Shown here: positions 37,587 through 52,200 of the stretch, in pieces
How positions within the stretch are numbered: the first letter of the stretch is position 1
Layout of the letters: every line of letters begins with the position of its first letter
The notes under the pieces: generated by a model
Told to the model about the DNA's origin: nothing
Databases searched by the model: none
The model's input: only the letters and a program-made list of their open reading frames with translations
Assembly (NCBI GenBank): GCA_012295275.1
Contig: CM022678.1
Location: 7,440,001 to 7,504,000 of the forward strand
Direction: 5' to 3'
DNA from: Chrysomallon squamiferum
Lineage: Eukaryota; Animalia; Mollusca
DNA length: 64,000 nucleotides
Made by a program: the position numbers and the translations under genes

Positions 37587-39200
37587 ATGGACTTTGAAAA
37601 TATTCCTGTGTGTGAGAAATTTGACTTGGAGCTGCACCCTGAATCAGAAGAAGAGGAACACGATGACTGGTTCAGGTAAAAAAAATAAAAAAAAATAAAA
37701 AAAATAAAAAAACATTTTTAAATCAGCTTGTTGCCATTTTAATTCAGATTTACATAATATAAATCCATATTAACCATATTAATTTCCCCCACTGGTTAAC
37801 CCATTTCTGAATTAGGTTGTACAAATTTTAAATCCGGCTGCACCTATTTTGAATTGGGATGTTTCTGTTTAAACTTGGGCTGTGCCCAGTTTGAATCAGG
37901 TTAACCCATTTTGAATCAGTTTCATCCCAGTATGAATTTATTATAATTTTTATGCGAATGTTTAAATCAAATTAACACCTCTGACTTAATGTTAGATATG
38001 ATTTTAGATTGATTCAACTCATTTTGATTAACACATTTTAAATAATGTTACATCTATTTTAAATTAACACATTTTTGTTGATGTTATATATATTTTAAAT
38101 TGTTAACATATTTTAATTAATGTTACATGTTTTATAAATAAGCACATTTTAATTATTGTTATATATGTTTTTAAACTGACACATTTTAAATTCTTTTATA
38201 ATATATGTTTTTTATATATGAAATTAAAATATTATTTGCTATCAGTTTTATAATATTCTAAAATAAGTTGTAACATAGCAGTATATAAAGTATATCCATT
38301 TTAAAATGTTGTTAATGATGTTTATTATCATCATTATCATCAACATTATTATTATCATCATCATCATCATCAACATTATTATCATCATCATCATCATCAT
38401 CAACATTATTATTATCATCATCATCATCGACATTATTATTATTATTTATTATTGTTATTATTAGTTTATTATTATCATCATCATCAACAACATTATTGTT
38501 ATTGTTATTCTTCTTGTTCTTGTTGTTGTTGTTGTTGTTGTCGTCATTCTAAATCAGATATATGAAATCAGCCTACACTAATTCATGTCACGTTCTATAT
38601 TAAGTTAATCTATTATTTAGACAAACACTATTTTAAACAAGATTATAACATGGCACTTATTCACATATATTACTCATATTTATTATTATGCTAATTTCAA
38701 ATTGGATTAATCCATTTAAAACTTTATATATCTGTTTCTTTTAATATATATGTTTATTAATCTGTATTATACACATACATACATATGCATGTGTGTGTGT
38801 GTGTGTGTGTGTTATAAATTAATTTGAATTTAAACAAGCTGTAATCTAGTTTGAATTACAGAACCTGTGGAGAATTTCCACATGAAATTATCTAAAGTAA
38901 ATTATGTAAGGTCATCTTTGAAGAAACAACATACACTTGTTTTATATATATATATATATGTATATTAGGTCATACTTCAGTTGACTTTAAGTATACAGAG
39001 AGTGTTTAGAATTTCCTGTGATTCATTATATTTACATTAGAGGCTGTTCATATTCATTATTTGTTTCATGTATGTCATTTTTTAATTGATCTTTATAGCC
39101 TTTTTCTTTCTTTCAGTGTGTGTGTGTCTCATATATGTCACTGTATGTTTATGTTTACATATTAAATTTTTTGTGTAATACTTATATTGAATGCCTGAAG

Positions 39201-39256
<56 letters not shown>

Positions 39257-39373
39257 GTTCTCTCTCTCTCTCTTTCTTTCTCTCCCTCTCTCTCTCTCAT
39301 TCTCTCTCTCTCTTGATCTCTTTCTTTCTCTCTGTTCTCTCTCTCTCTTGTTCTCTTTCTTTCTCTCTCTGGT

Positions 39374-39404
<31 letters not shown>

Positions 39405-39699
39405 CTCTTGTTCTCTCTCTCACTTGTTCTCTTTCTTTCTCTCTCTTGTTCTCTCTCTCTCTCTTTCTCTCTTGTTCTCTTTCTTTCTCTCTCTTGTTCT
39501 CTCTCTCTCTCTCTTGTTCTCTTTCTTTCTCTTGTTCTCTCTCTCTTACTCTCTTGTTCTCTTTCTTTCTCTCTCTTGTTCTCTCTCTCTCTCTTTCTTT
39601 CTCTCTCTTGTTCTCTCTCTCTCTTTCTTTCTCTTGTTCTCTTTCTTTCTCTCTCTTGTTCTCTCTCTTTCTCTCTTGTTCTCTTTCTTTCTCTCTCTT

Positions 39700-39766
<67 letters not shown>

Positions 39767-40560
39767 CTCTCTCTTGTTCTCTCTCTCTCTCTCTCTCTCT
39801 AGCTGTTTCTTTCTCTTTCTCTGTTTTCCTTAAAGTTCATGTTCATAAATATATTGTAAATATACACTAATTAGGACATTTAAATGAAAAATTATATACA
39901 TATATATAAGTACATTCATGGACCATAAGCAGAGTAAATGTTGTTTTTTCTTTTTTAAATAGACTCAGTCTGATAAAGAATTTGTTATATCTCTCTCACA
40001 TGGTCGTAACACATATCATTTCATTAAATTAATGAAATTTAATTTTTTAGTAATGTTTTTAGACATTAGAGAAATATATCTTTTTTAGTTTGTTTATCTT
40101 TTTAATCTTTCTTCCTAAGTAGTAAGTTACAGAGACATTTAATTTTTTTTAAAAGCCATTTTAGTAATCATAAATATTTACATTTTTCTGTTGTTGAAAA
40201 TTTGCTCTTATCTGTTGTCATTTATTTATTTATTTATCGTTGTAATATAAAAATATTTATTTATTTAATTACTTATTCATATATTTATTTATATATTTAT
40301 TTATTTGTTTGTATGTTTATTTATTATTTATTTAAAGATATATATATAATAGTGCTCAGAACACACACTTTGTATATTTTATTACAGTAGGTTCCTTATC
40401 ATTATTATTAAGTAAATGAATAAATAATAAAAATAAATTGATAAATGAAGTGTATCTTTTAAGAACACAATCTGTATTTATATGTATCATTTATAATGTG
40501 ATAAATAAATTAATACACTAAATTGTGTACATGTGTGTGTGTGATTCTGTGTGTAAATAC

Positions 40561-40619
<59 letters not shown>

Positions 40620-40630
40620 CAGATATATAT

Positions 40631-40690
<60 letters not shown>

Positions 40691-40722
40691 ATATAGATAT
40701 AGATATAGCTATAGATAGACAG

Positions 40723-40780
<58 letters not shown>

Positions 40781-40850
40781 ATTTTTGTAAATTTTATGTG
40801 TTTTTGTATGTGTGTCTATCTATCTATCATCTATCTGTCTATATGTGTGA

Positions 40851-40900
<50 letters not shown>

Positions 40901-41154
40901 TACATTACCTCAGCAGTGATCTGTGACAGACACAGATATCATCATGTTATTGTGAAACAGGAAATAATGAATCACACTTTTCATGAGGTCACAGTTAACT
41001 AACTGATCAGATATTAATAATCTTTACTCAGTGTGGTAAAAACTAGTGTGTGTTTTTTTTATATGTGTAGAGTTAAACATAGGTACACACATACAAACAT
41101 ACATAGATACATATAAATCTACACACACACACACACACACACATATACATATAA

Positions 41155-41189
<35 letters not shown>

Positions 41190-42489
41190 TACATATATAT
41201 ATATATATAAATACACACACACACACACACATATATTGTCAGATAGACAGTTTTATAGACATTCATGTACATACCTATGTAAAATTATATATACACACAC
41301 ACATAGATACATATAAATACACACACACGCATACACATACAAACACATAGATACATATGAATACACACACACGCACATATATATATATATATATATTGAC
41401 AGTAGACAGTTATATAGACATTCATGTATGTACCTACATAAAATTATATATATACACAGACAAACACACACAAACAATACATACAGGCATCTAACTAGTC
41501 TGAAATATATCATACACATTGTAAATGTGTGTATATGTGTGTGTGCATGTTTGTTTGTTTATACTTATATTCGATCTAAAATATTTAATTAGTTCATCTA
41601 CTTAAATAGATGGAAGATGTAACTGGTTTATAATTTATTATTAATATCTAGGTGTATGTAAACATAAAATAAAAGTCATTTAAGTGTGTATGTGTATGTG
41701 TGTGTGTGTGTGTCAGTGTTTATTTATATATCTATTGCCTTTACTCATATAGAAAATAAAGAACAGAAATAAAGAAATAAAGCAGGTACTAGAAATTGAA
41801 ATAATGAGTGAAAGAGGGAATATTATGAAGGGTGATAGAGAAAAGAAAACATGATAGAAACTGAGAAGGAGATGAAGACAAAGACACTGAAATACACAGA
41901 GTGATGGAGAGAAGGAATGAGAGAAAGATGGAGAAACCATAGAAAGGAAGTCAAGGATGAAGACAGAGAGAAAGAAAGTTTGCAAGTGTTAGGGGTAATA
42001 GTGTGTGTAGTGTGTGTGTGTGTATGTGTTTGTCAAGTGTGCTTTTTTTTTCATCTATTCATATCTGTATAATGGTGGGGGTTTTTGTGGGATTGTTTTT
42101 TTTTTTCCCCTTAAGATATTTATGTGTGAATATAAATACATATGTGGCCATGTATGAAATATTTTATATCTTATGCAGTTAAGGTGACCATGATACCAGT
42201 GCAATCAGGTAAATTTATTACATAATTGCTAAAAATAATTATCACTTGAAAAGACATAAGTTGTCAGATGTGATTTACAATGTTAATAACAATTTATATG
42301 TGTGTTTACTTACCTGTATATATTAGCAAATATGTCTTGATGTCTTAGACATCAATTTTCTTTTATAATGTGTATTATTTGTGTGTGCTTGAGTGAGCTT
42401 ATATGCAGATATTAAATTATATATATATATAAAGGTATGTGTATGGGTGTGCATGTATGTTGGGGTGTGTATGTGTGTTTGTGTGTGTT

Positions 42490-42535
<46 letters not shown>

Positions 42536-44180
42536 TACCTATTCTTTGTATGCTCTTCTTTTTTTTTTTTCTTTTTTTTTTTATTTGCTTCTGGGCACAT
42601 TCTAGATTTTTCTATTCTGCTACACCCATCATATACCTTTGCTTACCTGTCAAAAACCTGGTCTACCTGCTGTACTGAGTCCTGTGCTGTTTGTTTATTC
42701 AGTCGTATTTCAGTGGAAAGTGTTTACACGAATACTGATGTAGCAGAAGAACTTTGTCAATTCATCTCGCTTACGTTTGTTTACTGTGTTCGAAAAGTGA
42801 ACAGTTTTGTTGTTTTTTTTTGTTGTTTTTTTTATTCTGAATCTTTGGATTGGATTTTATTGTTGTTCTTCTAGATCATGTGAGTTTGATGTTTTATCTG
42901 AAGTAGATTTTTATTTTTTGTTAAGATAATAAAACTTTGCAATAAAGGTGGTGTTGTTGCTTTTATTTCTGCAGTTAAATTTTGATAAATATTTTTACAG
43001 TTTGTTAAATGTGAAAGTTTTCTTAATCATAGAAAACTGGATTTTATTGTCAGATTCTGGATTTATGTAAGAATGTGTTTTATTAAAATTAGTTTTTTTG
43101 GTTTTATTAAGAAGTTAAAAATTTGTGTAAGGTTAATTAAGTTTTCTGTGTTCTTTCAAATAATTTGTTTGTGTTTTTTTGTTTTTTTTTATACTGGTTT
43201 TAAATTTATTTTCTGGATTAAAACCAAACAAAAAAAAAATAAATAAATAAAAATTTGAAACAAACTGGATTTCATTGTTCTAAACTGATGAAGGATTATT
43301 TAATTTATGATTATATCTTTTTCTAAAACAATATGTTTAATTGTTAAGCTGTATCTCTGTATATAAACTTGCATTTTATTTAATTACTTTTACACCAAAA
43401 AAAATTAAATAACTTTTTTTTAATCAAATTATATTATTTATCAAATTAAATTTTGTTTGCTCTCTGTAATAAAATTATTTTTGTCTCAAAAGGAGAAAAA
43501 AATTACATCTTTATCAAGAACCTAATAAATTATTTTATAATTTTTTTTTGTCGTTATCATCTGTTACGAATTTTATGTGCATGATATATATTCCAGCATG
43601 AAATTACACGAATGTATTTTCCAAAATAATAACAAAATTAATAAATTTATTTACAACTTGAAAATAATTGCTTTGTTTACTCTAAATTTTCTTATAAAAT
43701 TCAACTTGTATTTAAAGTTTGTGCAGTTGGTACGATGCACCATTTGGTGTGGATTCTAGATTTTCAAACTTATCACAAATTTATGATTTAAATTTGTTTA
43801 TTTATTTATTTGTGATTTGGCTTTTGTTTGTTTATTTATTTATTTATGATTTAGTTTTTGTTTGTTTATTTATTATTTATGATTTAGTTTTGTTTGTTTA
43901 TTTATTTATTTATGATTTAGCTTTTGTTTGTTTATTTTTTTGTTTATGATTTAGTTTTGTTTGTTTATTTATTTTTTTATTTATGAACTTTCAATTTTGT
44001 TTGTTTGAGAAGTGTTTTCATTCGTAACTCATCAACACGGAGGCGCCTAGAAACATTTTTTCTTTCTTTCTTTCTTCATTTGAAACTCATCAACACGTAC
44101 GTATACCTAGAAACATTTCTTTCTTTCTTTCTTTCTTTCTTCATTCGAAACTCATCAACACGTATGTATACCTAGAAACA

Positions 44181-44211
<31 letters not shown>

Positions 44212-44583
44212 ATTCGAAACTCATCAACACGTATGTATACCTAGAAACATTTCTTTCTTTCTTTCTTTCTTCATTTCAACAACACGTATCTTTCTTTTCA
44301 TTTCTTTCTTTCTTTCTTCATTCGAACTCATCAACACGTATGTATACCTAGAAACATTTCTTTCTTTCTTTCTTTTCATTTCATCAACACGTTCTTTCTT
44401 CTTTTCTTTCTTTCTTCATTCGAAACTCATCAACATGTATGTATACCTAGAAACATTTCTTTCTTTCTTTCTTTTTTCTTTCTTCATTCATTCAAACTCA
44501 TCAACACGTATGTATACCTAGAAACATTTCTTTCTTTCTTTCTTCATTCGAAACTCATCAACACGTATGTATACCTAGAAACA

Positions 44584-44614
<31 letters not shown>

Positions 44615-44652
44615 ATTCGAAACTCATCAACACGTACGTATACCTAGAAACA

Positions 44653-44683
<31 letters not shown>

Positions 44684-44933
44684 ATTCAAAACTCATCAAC
44701 ACGTATGTATACCTAGAAACATTTCTTTCTTTCTTTCTTTCTTTCTTCATTCAAAACTCATCAACACGTATGTATACCTAGAAATTTCTTTTTTTTTTTC
44801 TTTCTTTCATTTCATCAACATCGTGTGTATACCTAGAAACTTTTTCTTTCTTTTTCTTCATTCGAAACTCATCAACACGTGCATTATACCTACAAACGAA
44901 ACATTTCTTTCTTTATTCTTCATTCGAGAAACA

Positions 44934-44964
<31 letters not shown>

Positions 44965-45002
44965 ATTCAAAACTCATCAACACGTATGTATACCTAGAAA
45001 CA

Positions 45003-45033
<31 letters not shown>

Positions 45034-45073
45034 ATTCAAAACTCATCAACACGTATGTATACCTAGAAACATT

Positions 45074-45106
<33 letters not shown>

Positions 45107-45201
45107 ATTCGAAACTCATCAACACGTACGTATACCTAGAAACATTTCTTTCTTTCTTTCTTCATTCAAAACTCATCAACACGTATGTATACCTAGAAAC
45201 A

Positions 45202-45232
<31 letters not shown>

Positions 45233-45272
45233 ATTCGAAACTCATCAACACGTATGTATACCTAGAAACATT

Positions 45273-45305
<33 letters not shown>

Positions 45306-45343
45306 ATTCGAAACTCATCAACACGTACGTATACCTAGAAACA

Positions 45344-45374
<31 letters not shown>

Positions 45375-45414
45375 ATTTGAAACTCATCAACACGTACGTA
45401 TACCTAGAAACTTT

Positions 45415-45447
<33 letters not shown>

Positions 45448-45552
45448 ATTTGAAACTCATCAACACGTACGTATACCTAGAAATTTTTCTTTCTTTCTTT
45501 CTTTCTTTCTTCATTTGAAACTCATCAACATGTACGTATTCCTAGAAACATT

Positions 45553-45585
<33 letters not shown>

Positions 45586-45672
45586 ATTCGAAACTCATCA
45601 ACACGTATGTATACCTAGAAACATTTCTTTCTTCATTTGAAACTCATCAACACGTACGCATACCTAGAAACA

Positions 45673-45703
<31 letters not shown>

Positions 45704-45802
45704 ATTCGAAACTCATCAACACGTATGTATACCTAGAAACATTTCTTTCTTTCTTTCTTTCTTCATTCGAAACTCATCAACACGTATGTATACCTAGAAA
45801 CA

Positions 45803-45833
<31 letters not shown>

Positions 45834-45871
45834 ATTCAAAACTCATCAACATGTATGTATACCTAGAAACT

Positions 45872-45902
<31 letters not shown>

Positions 45903-46112
45903 ATTCAAAACTCATCAACACGTACGTATACTTAGAAACATTTCTTTCTTTCTCTCTTTCTTTCTTCATTCGAAACTCATCAACACATATGTATACCTAG
46001 AAACATTTCTTTCTTTCTTTCTTTCTTCATTCGAAACTCATCAACACGTATGTATACCTAGAACATTTCTTTCTTTCTTTCTTTGTAACTTAATTTGTTA
46101 GTTTGTTAGTTT

Positions 46113-46143
<31 letters not shown>

Positions 46144-46703
46144 TTTTTTTATTTATTGGTATGTTTTGTTGCTTGTAATTGTTTATTTATTTATTTCTGG
46201 TTTTTTTCATTTATTTGTTTATCTATTTATATTGTTTCATCATTGCTGCTACTCTCTTTCTACATTTCTTTTTTCTTTTTCTTTTTTGTATCGTAACAAA
46301 ACATATTTCACTAAGCATATCAAAATCAAAACTGTATTTTTTATTTTCTCTCTCTTTCCCATTTGTCATTAAACCTATTTTAGGTTTTTATTACTGCTTC
46401 ATTCATAATTTAATTTCCTTTCTGTGTCTGTTTTATTTTTAGGTTTGTCTGCCACATTCTTCGACCTTGTGATAAAATGTCTCATTTGCATAACCTACGT
46501 AATTCGTGTCTTTCTCGATGACCCAAAATCGTATGCATGGTGAGTTACAAACTAACACCGTCTTCTTAATATTACACAGTGTATCAACAGCAAGTCATTA
46601 GTAACTGCCATTTCTCTTTTTCTTTCCATCTCACTGGGTTTTTTTTCATCTTCTCTTGTGTTTTTGGTGTGTATGTGTCTCTCTCTCATTGCCTTCTCTT
46701 TAT

Positions 46704-46757
<54 letters not shown>

Positions 46758-46837
46758 GCTCTCTGTCTCTCATTTTCTCTTCTCTTTCTCTCTCTGTCTC
46801 TTTCTCTCACTCAATCTCTCTGTCTCTCTCACTTTCT

Positions 46838-46901
<64 letters not shown>

Positions 46902-47339
46902 ATGCTTGATTTTCTCTCATCCATTTTTCCATTCTTTTTCTTTATCTCAATCTTACTTGCCTGTAATTTTTTTTTTTCTTTTCTTGTCAGTGACTGATTA
47001 AGAACAATATTTCACTATAAGCAAATATAAACTGTTTAAGTCGATATACAAACAAATGACAAAAGGAAAGTACTTATAAAACTGTTAATATTTACTTTCT
47101 CATTTATAGCATATAAAGCTAATGCTCAAACTGAAGTGTGTGTGTTTGTTCAAGCAACAATAAATAAATAAATAAAGTACATACAGTGGTAAACAATTTA
47201 TTAATTTATTTGTTTATTAAGTTTTTATTTATTTATTTATTTTTTATTTATTTTTTATTTATTTATTGCCTTTTAAGTTTTGTTTTTTTTTTTTTTTTTT
47301 TATTCATTTTTTATTTTTTGTTTATATTTTTTTTTGTTT

Positions 47340-47370
<31 letters not shown>

Positions 47371-48919
47371 AGTCAATGAAATGAGGTAAAAAAAACTAAC
47401 ATGTTCTCTGCATGGTATTGTATTTAACTTAAAAATAGAGTTTATATCTTCAAGGGACATTTTTTCAATAGGGTTTTGTTCAGTAGGGATTTCATTCTTG
47501 AGATTTTACTTTCATTGACAGGTTTTATTTAGTAGGGATTTATTTACAGGGATTTCAAGTTTTTCTCTAGCATACTTTCTGAATGGCATCCAGAACATAA
47601 CAAACCTTATTCAGTTTTCTTTTTTTCTTTTGTCTTTTTGTTTTTCTTAATTCTTTCTTCTTGTATATTTCTTTTATTTATTTTTTTTTCTTTCTTTTTT
47701 TTTTTTTCACATTTTTCTTTCAAAGGTTTCAAAGGCTGTTTAAAATTAAAGTTTAAATTTTTGCAATTTACAGTGCTAGTTCATACACAGAGAAAATATT
47801 TTGAAATTTGTTAAAAAAATAAAATAAAATGTTAAAAGTGGAATGTTGCAGTGTCACATGATTTTAAAGGAAGGTTCTTTTTTTATTATTTTATGTTTTC
47901 TTTTTTCTTTAAATTTCTGTTATATTATTTCAAATCATTATTATTATTATTATTTTTTTTTTTTTTTTTCGAGCATAAAATATTTACTTATTTTTGTTAT
48001 AGCGTTTCCATGTTTTTGGTAATGATATATGTGTGTGTGTGTGTGTCAGTCTGTCTGTCTGTATGTCTGTGTGTTTGTGTGTAAACAAAAATTATATGTA
48101 TAAAAATATCTTTATTTGTTATTCAATTTTTTTTTTTTAAATATAAAACGAAATTTGTTCATTTAATTATTTTTAATAGTTTATTTATTTATTTTTTTTA
48201 ATTTATTTATTCATAATATTTTATGTTCATTAATATTTATTTTTATTAATTCTTTAACTTTATTTCATTTCATTTTATTTTATTTCATTTCATTTCTTTT
48301 TATTTCATTTCATTTTTTTTTTTATTTATATATATATTTTTTTTTATGTGTAGGCTTTCATTAGTATTATTATTATTATTTTAATATACATATATATATA
48401 TATATATAAATAATATACATTTATATATATTACAGTGCTGGAGAGCCATGCACAAACTTGCAACAAAACAGTTCAGTGGATAAGGATGAGATGGTTTTTT
48501 CATCAACACAAATCAACTGGTAAGTACAACAAACACATGTATGAACAGACAGAAAAACTGTCTTATGAATATCTACATATTTTATACAGAAGAAAAATTA
48601 ACTGGACAGTAAACTAGTTTAATTTATGCATGCCAAATTAAAAAATTAAAAAAAAATTCTACTAATAACAATTAGAAAAAAGAAGAAAAAAAAGGATAGT
48701 GATTACATATTTTGTTTTTCTTTTAATAATGTTGATTCTAATATTAATGAAAATGTTAGCTCTTAGAATGTAATTTTGTTTAATAATCAAAAATAGTTTA
48801 GATCTAACAGCCTTACATAGCATATTGGTAAAATTAGTGAACAGTTTGATGAAGTTGTGAATGAGAGAATGTTTTATTTAGAATACTAATGATTCATATG
48901 TTTTGTGTTATGATGATAT

Positions 48920-49001
<82 letters not shown>

Positions 49002-49066
49002 GACAGGGGAATACAGAGAGAGAAGAACACACAGAGATAGATACAAAGAGAGAGTAACAGAGAGGA

Positions 49067-49141
<75 letters not shown>

Positions 49142-49186
49142 AATACAGAGAGAGAAGAACAACACACAGATAGATACAAAGAGAGT

Positions 49187-49260
<74 letters not shown>

Positions 49261-52200
49261 AATGGCTATTATTTATTAAATAGTCCATGCAGCATCATTG
49301 CCTGTAGAACTGACTTATCAGTATTATTTAAATTCAGCTCTCATTAAACCATATCAAGATAAATGTTTCCATTCACTAAGTTATTAAATATGTTGTTTTG
49401 CAATATTTTCATGCATTGCTATAAGCTTGCTATGTGTTGTCATAGTTTACAGTTTGGAAAGATTGTTAGAAAAATAAAATTAAAACAAAATATTGGAAGT
49501 AGATATTTACATAGAAGCTAGACTGCTTTCTAACTTCATTGTTAGTAAAGATTATTCAACAGTAATTGAAAACAAAATCTTGCAAGTAGATGAAATATAT
49601 TTACATAGAAGATAGATTGTTTTCTGACTTTATTATCAACAAAGACTGTTCAACAATAAAAGAAAACCTGAAATCTTAAAGATAATTTACATAGATGATA
49701 GAACATCTTTGATGTAGAAAATCTTTTAACAGGTTAAATAGATTTTTTCTTACTTTATTATTAGTAAAAATTAGTAAACAAAATCTTCAAAGTCAAAAAA
49801 AAAAATGTTAACAGAAGCTAGATTATTTTCTTTTTATCAAAAAAAAAACAACAAAAAACATAAAAAATAAATCCTCAAATGTATTTATACAGAATATATG
49901 TTTTTAAAAAATGTTTTTGTTTAGTGCATGTTGTAGTTGCTGTTGTGTAATTTTCGTGACCAGGTTTGTGTTGTTGTGGGTACATCGTCCTTTGTCGTTG
50001 TGGATCATTCAAGTGGTGTTGTCGGCTACCACCGTATCTAAAGCTTTCTTGCTCATCTACGTAGCTACAAAGGTAAGTAAAATGAGTTTCTGTTGATTGT
50101 GTCTCTCTGCTTCACTGATCTTTACTACCTGTTACATATTTCTGCTTTAGAACGTTCGTTTTAAAATTTTTAATGTAGACGTCTGCTTTAGAAATGGCTT
50201 GATGTTAATATTCTATTCTGTTGTTGTTAATTTTGCTTTAATTCCTAGTTGCTTTGGTAGCTGAATATCTGTGTGTATATTATATGTATGTGATGGGTTC
50301 TACATTATATATATATATATGTATATGTATGTGTATATATATATATATATTATCAATGTTACTCTTCATACTAAAACCTCTGTTATGGCTGAATTATTCT
50401 ATTTTATATTGTGTCGTCATGGTTTCATGCTTGTTAATAAAAGTTCAAGTGTAGCTGGGGGGTTTTAATGTTGTTATTTGGTCATGTGTAAAATTTCAGT
50501 TTTAGTTCACTTAGGTGTTATCTCGCCAGGATAACTTGAGACGTTTTGAATAATTCTTGTTTGAAATGTCAGTATGAATACAGATTTACATACGTGAACA
50601 TGAGCTGCATACAAACAAGTATCAGTCTAAGTGTAACAGACTTTATGAAATACATCTTTCTTGTTTGTGAATAAACACAAACATGTGTTTGTATGTTTAT
50701 ATATATACAGAAATTTATAAATTAGATCTTTATAAACACACGCATACATCTATGCAGACATCAAACAATAACATACACACACTCAAGATTGTACGTAGCC
50801 CCATACACAAATACATACAGATGTACAGATCAAACAGTGCACAATACATTTATGCAGAAGCAAAAGCATTCTATAAATAATTAATTTCAATGCATTCCTT
50901 TTTCTATCAATCTGTTGATTGTTTTGTTTTTCATTGTTTCTTTATAAAAAAAAAATTATAAAATTTATTATTATTTTTATAAAATGTAAATTCCTTCTCA
51001 TTTCAACATAAGTTTATGAGATATTTCTTTGTGACCACAACAAATACACTTGAACCATTAGCAGATGTATTTATGCCTCATTATATTTGAGTATTTTTAA
51101 AGTACTTTTTTAATGTGAAAATCGTTTAAACTGATTTGTTCAGACTGTTGTGTCTAAGGCTAAGTCAGGACATGTTTAAACTGGTTGACTGATTGAAAAA
51201 AGAAGAGATACTATTATCTTTAAAACTAGCGTTCTTTCATTTCAGGGTCATCGATTGGATCACATGCTGACAACTGGCTTTTTCTTAGAGATATTCTGTT
51301 CTTTGCCTTTTATTATAACAGTGAGTTATTTTAATAAAATTTTATTTTATTTTATTTTTAAGGGTTTTTAAAAAAAAAATTTTTTATTGCAAGATGAATT
51401 AGACGAGAATAAATTCAAGTTATCAATGATTATAAAAATAATTTCAGTGAATATTTTGTAAATATTTTGCTATCATCATTATCATCCTCTTTATAAGCTA
51501 TTATTATTATTATTGTTGTTTTTGTTGTTGTTATTGTTAATGTTGTTATTGTTATTATTATATTGTTATTGTTATTGTTAATGTTGTTATTATTACTATT
51601 ACTATTATTATTGTTCTTGTTGTTCTTATTGTTGTTGTTGTTGTTGTTGTTGTTATTGTTACTACTGTTTCTTTCTAAGTTATGAGTTTTATATAAGGCA
51701 TTGTCAGAATAATTACGCCTTTTTTTTCTGTTTGCTTCATTCTCGTTCCTGCTGATTGTAATTAGCATTTATTATTGTTTCCTAGGTAACATGGCCTTTT
51801 GCACTGCAGAACTTATTTATTCCAGCTTTTCTCAACTGCTGGCTTGCCAAACAAGCTCTGGAACGGATATTTGTGAGTAGTTTTGTAGATAGTAGTATCG
51901 GTTTTTAAATACAGATCTTACTTTTTAATATAAAATAACTAAAATTAATGAATTAATGTTTATCGACACCTCAGCACAAAAAAAACATCAGCTGTTGGGT
52001 GTCAAACAAAGCTAAATATAACAAAATGGTGAATAACTGGAACATAATAATAGTAATAATAATAATAATAGATGATGATAGGTAGAATAGAAAGATAGAC
52101 AGATTGATAGATAGATGTATATATGTATATAAAAAAATCAAGACAGACAGATAGATGGAAAGGTATATAGATAAACAAATAGATAAAAATGAAGACAGAC

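Noticed and set aside
42170-42215. Possible KCNT micro-exon cag|ttaaggtgaccatg..tcag|gtaaat
   Set aside because: It gives an immediate stop in the exon-1 frame, its own ATG ends in phase 1, and it has no similarity to KCNT.
44015-46080. CRISPR array
   Set aside because: The spacers are only (TTTC)n length variants, and the constant part is host KCNT exon/donor sequence.
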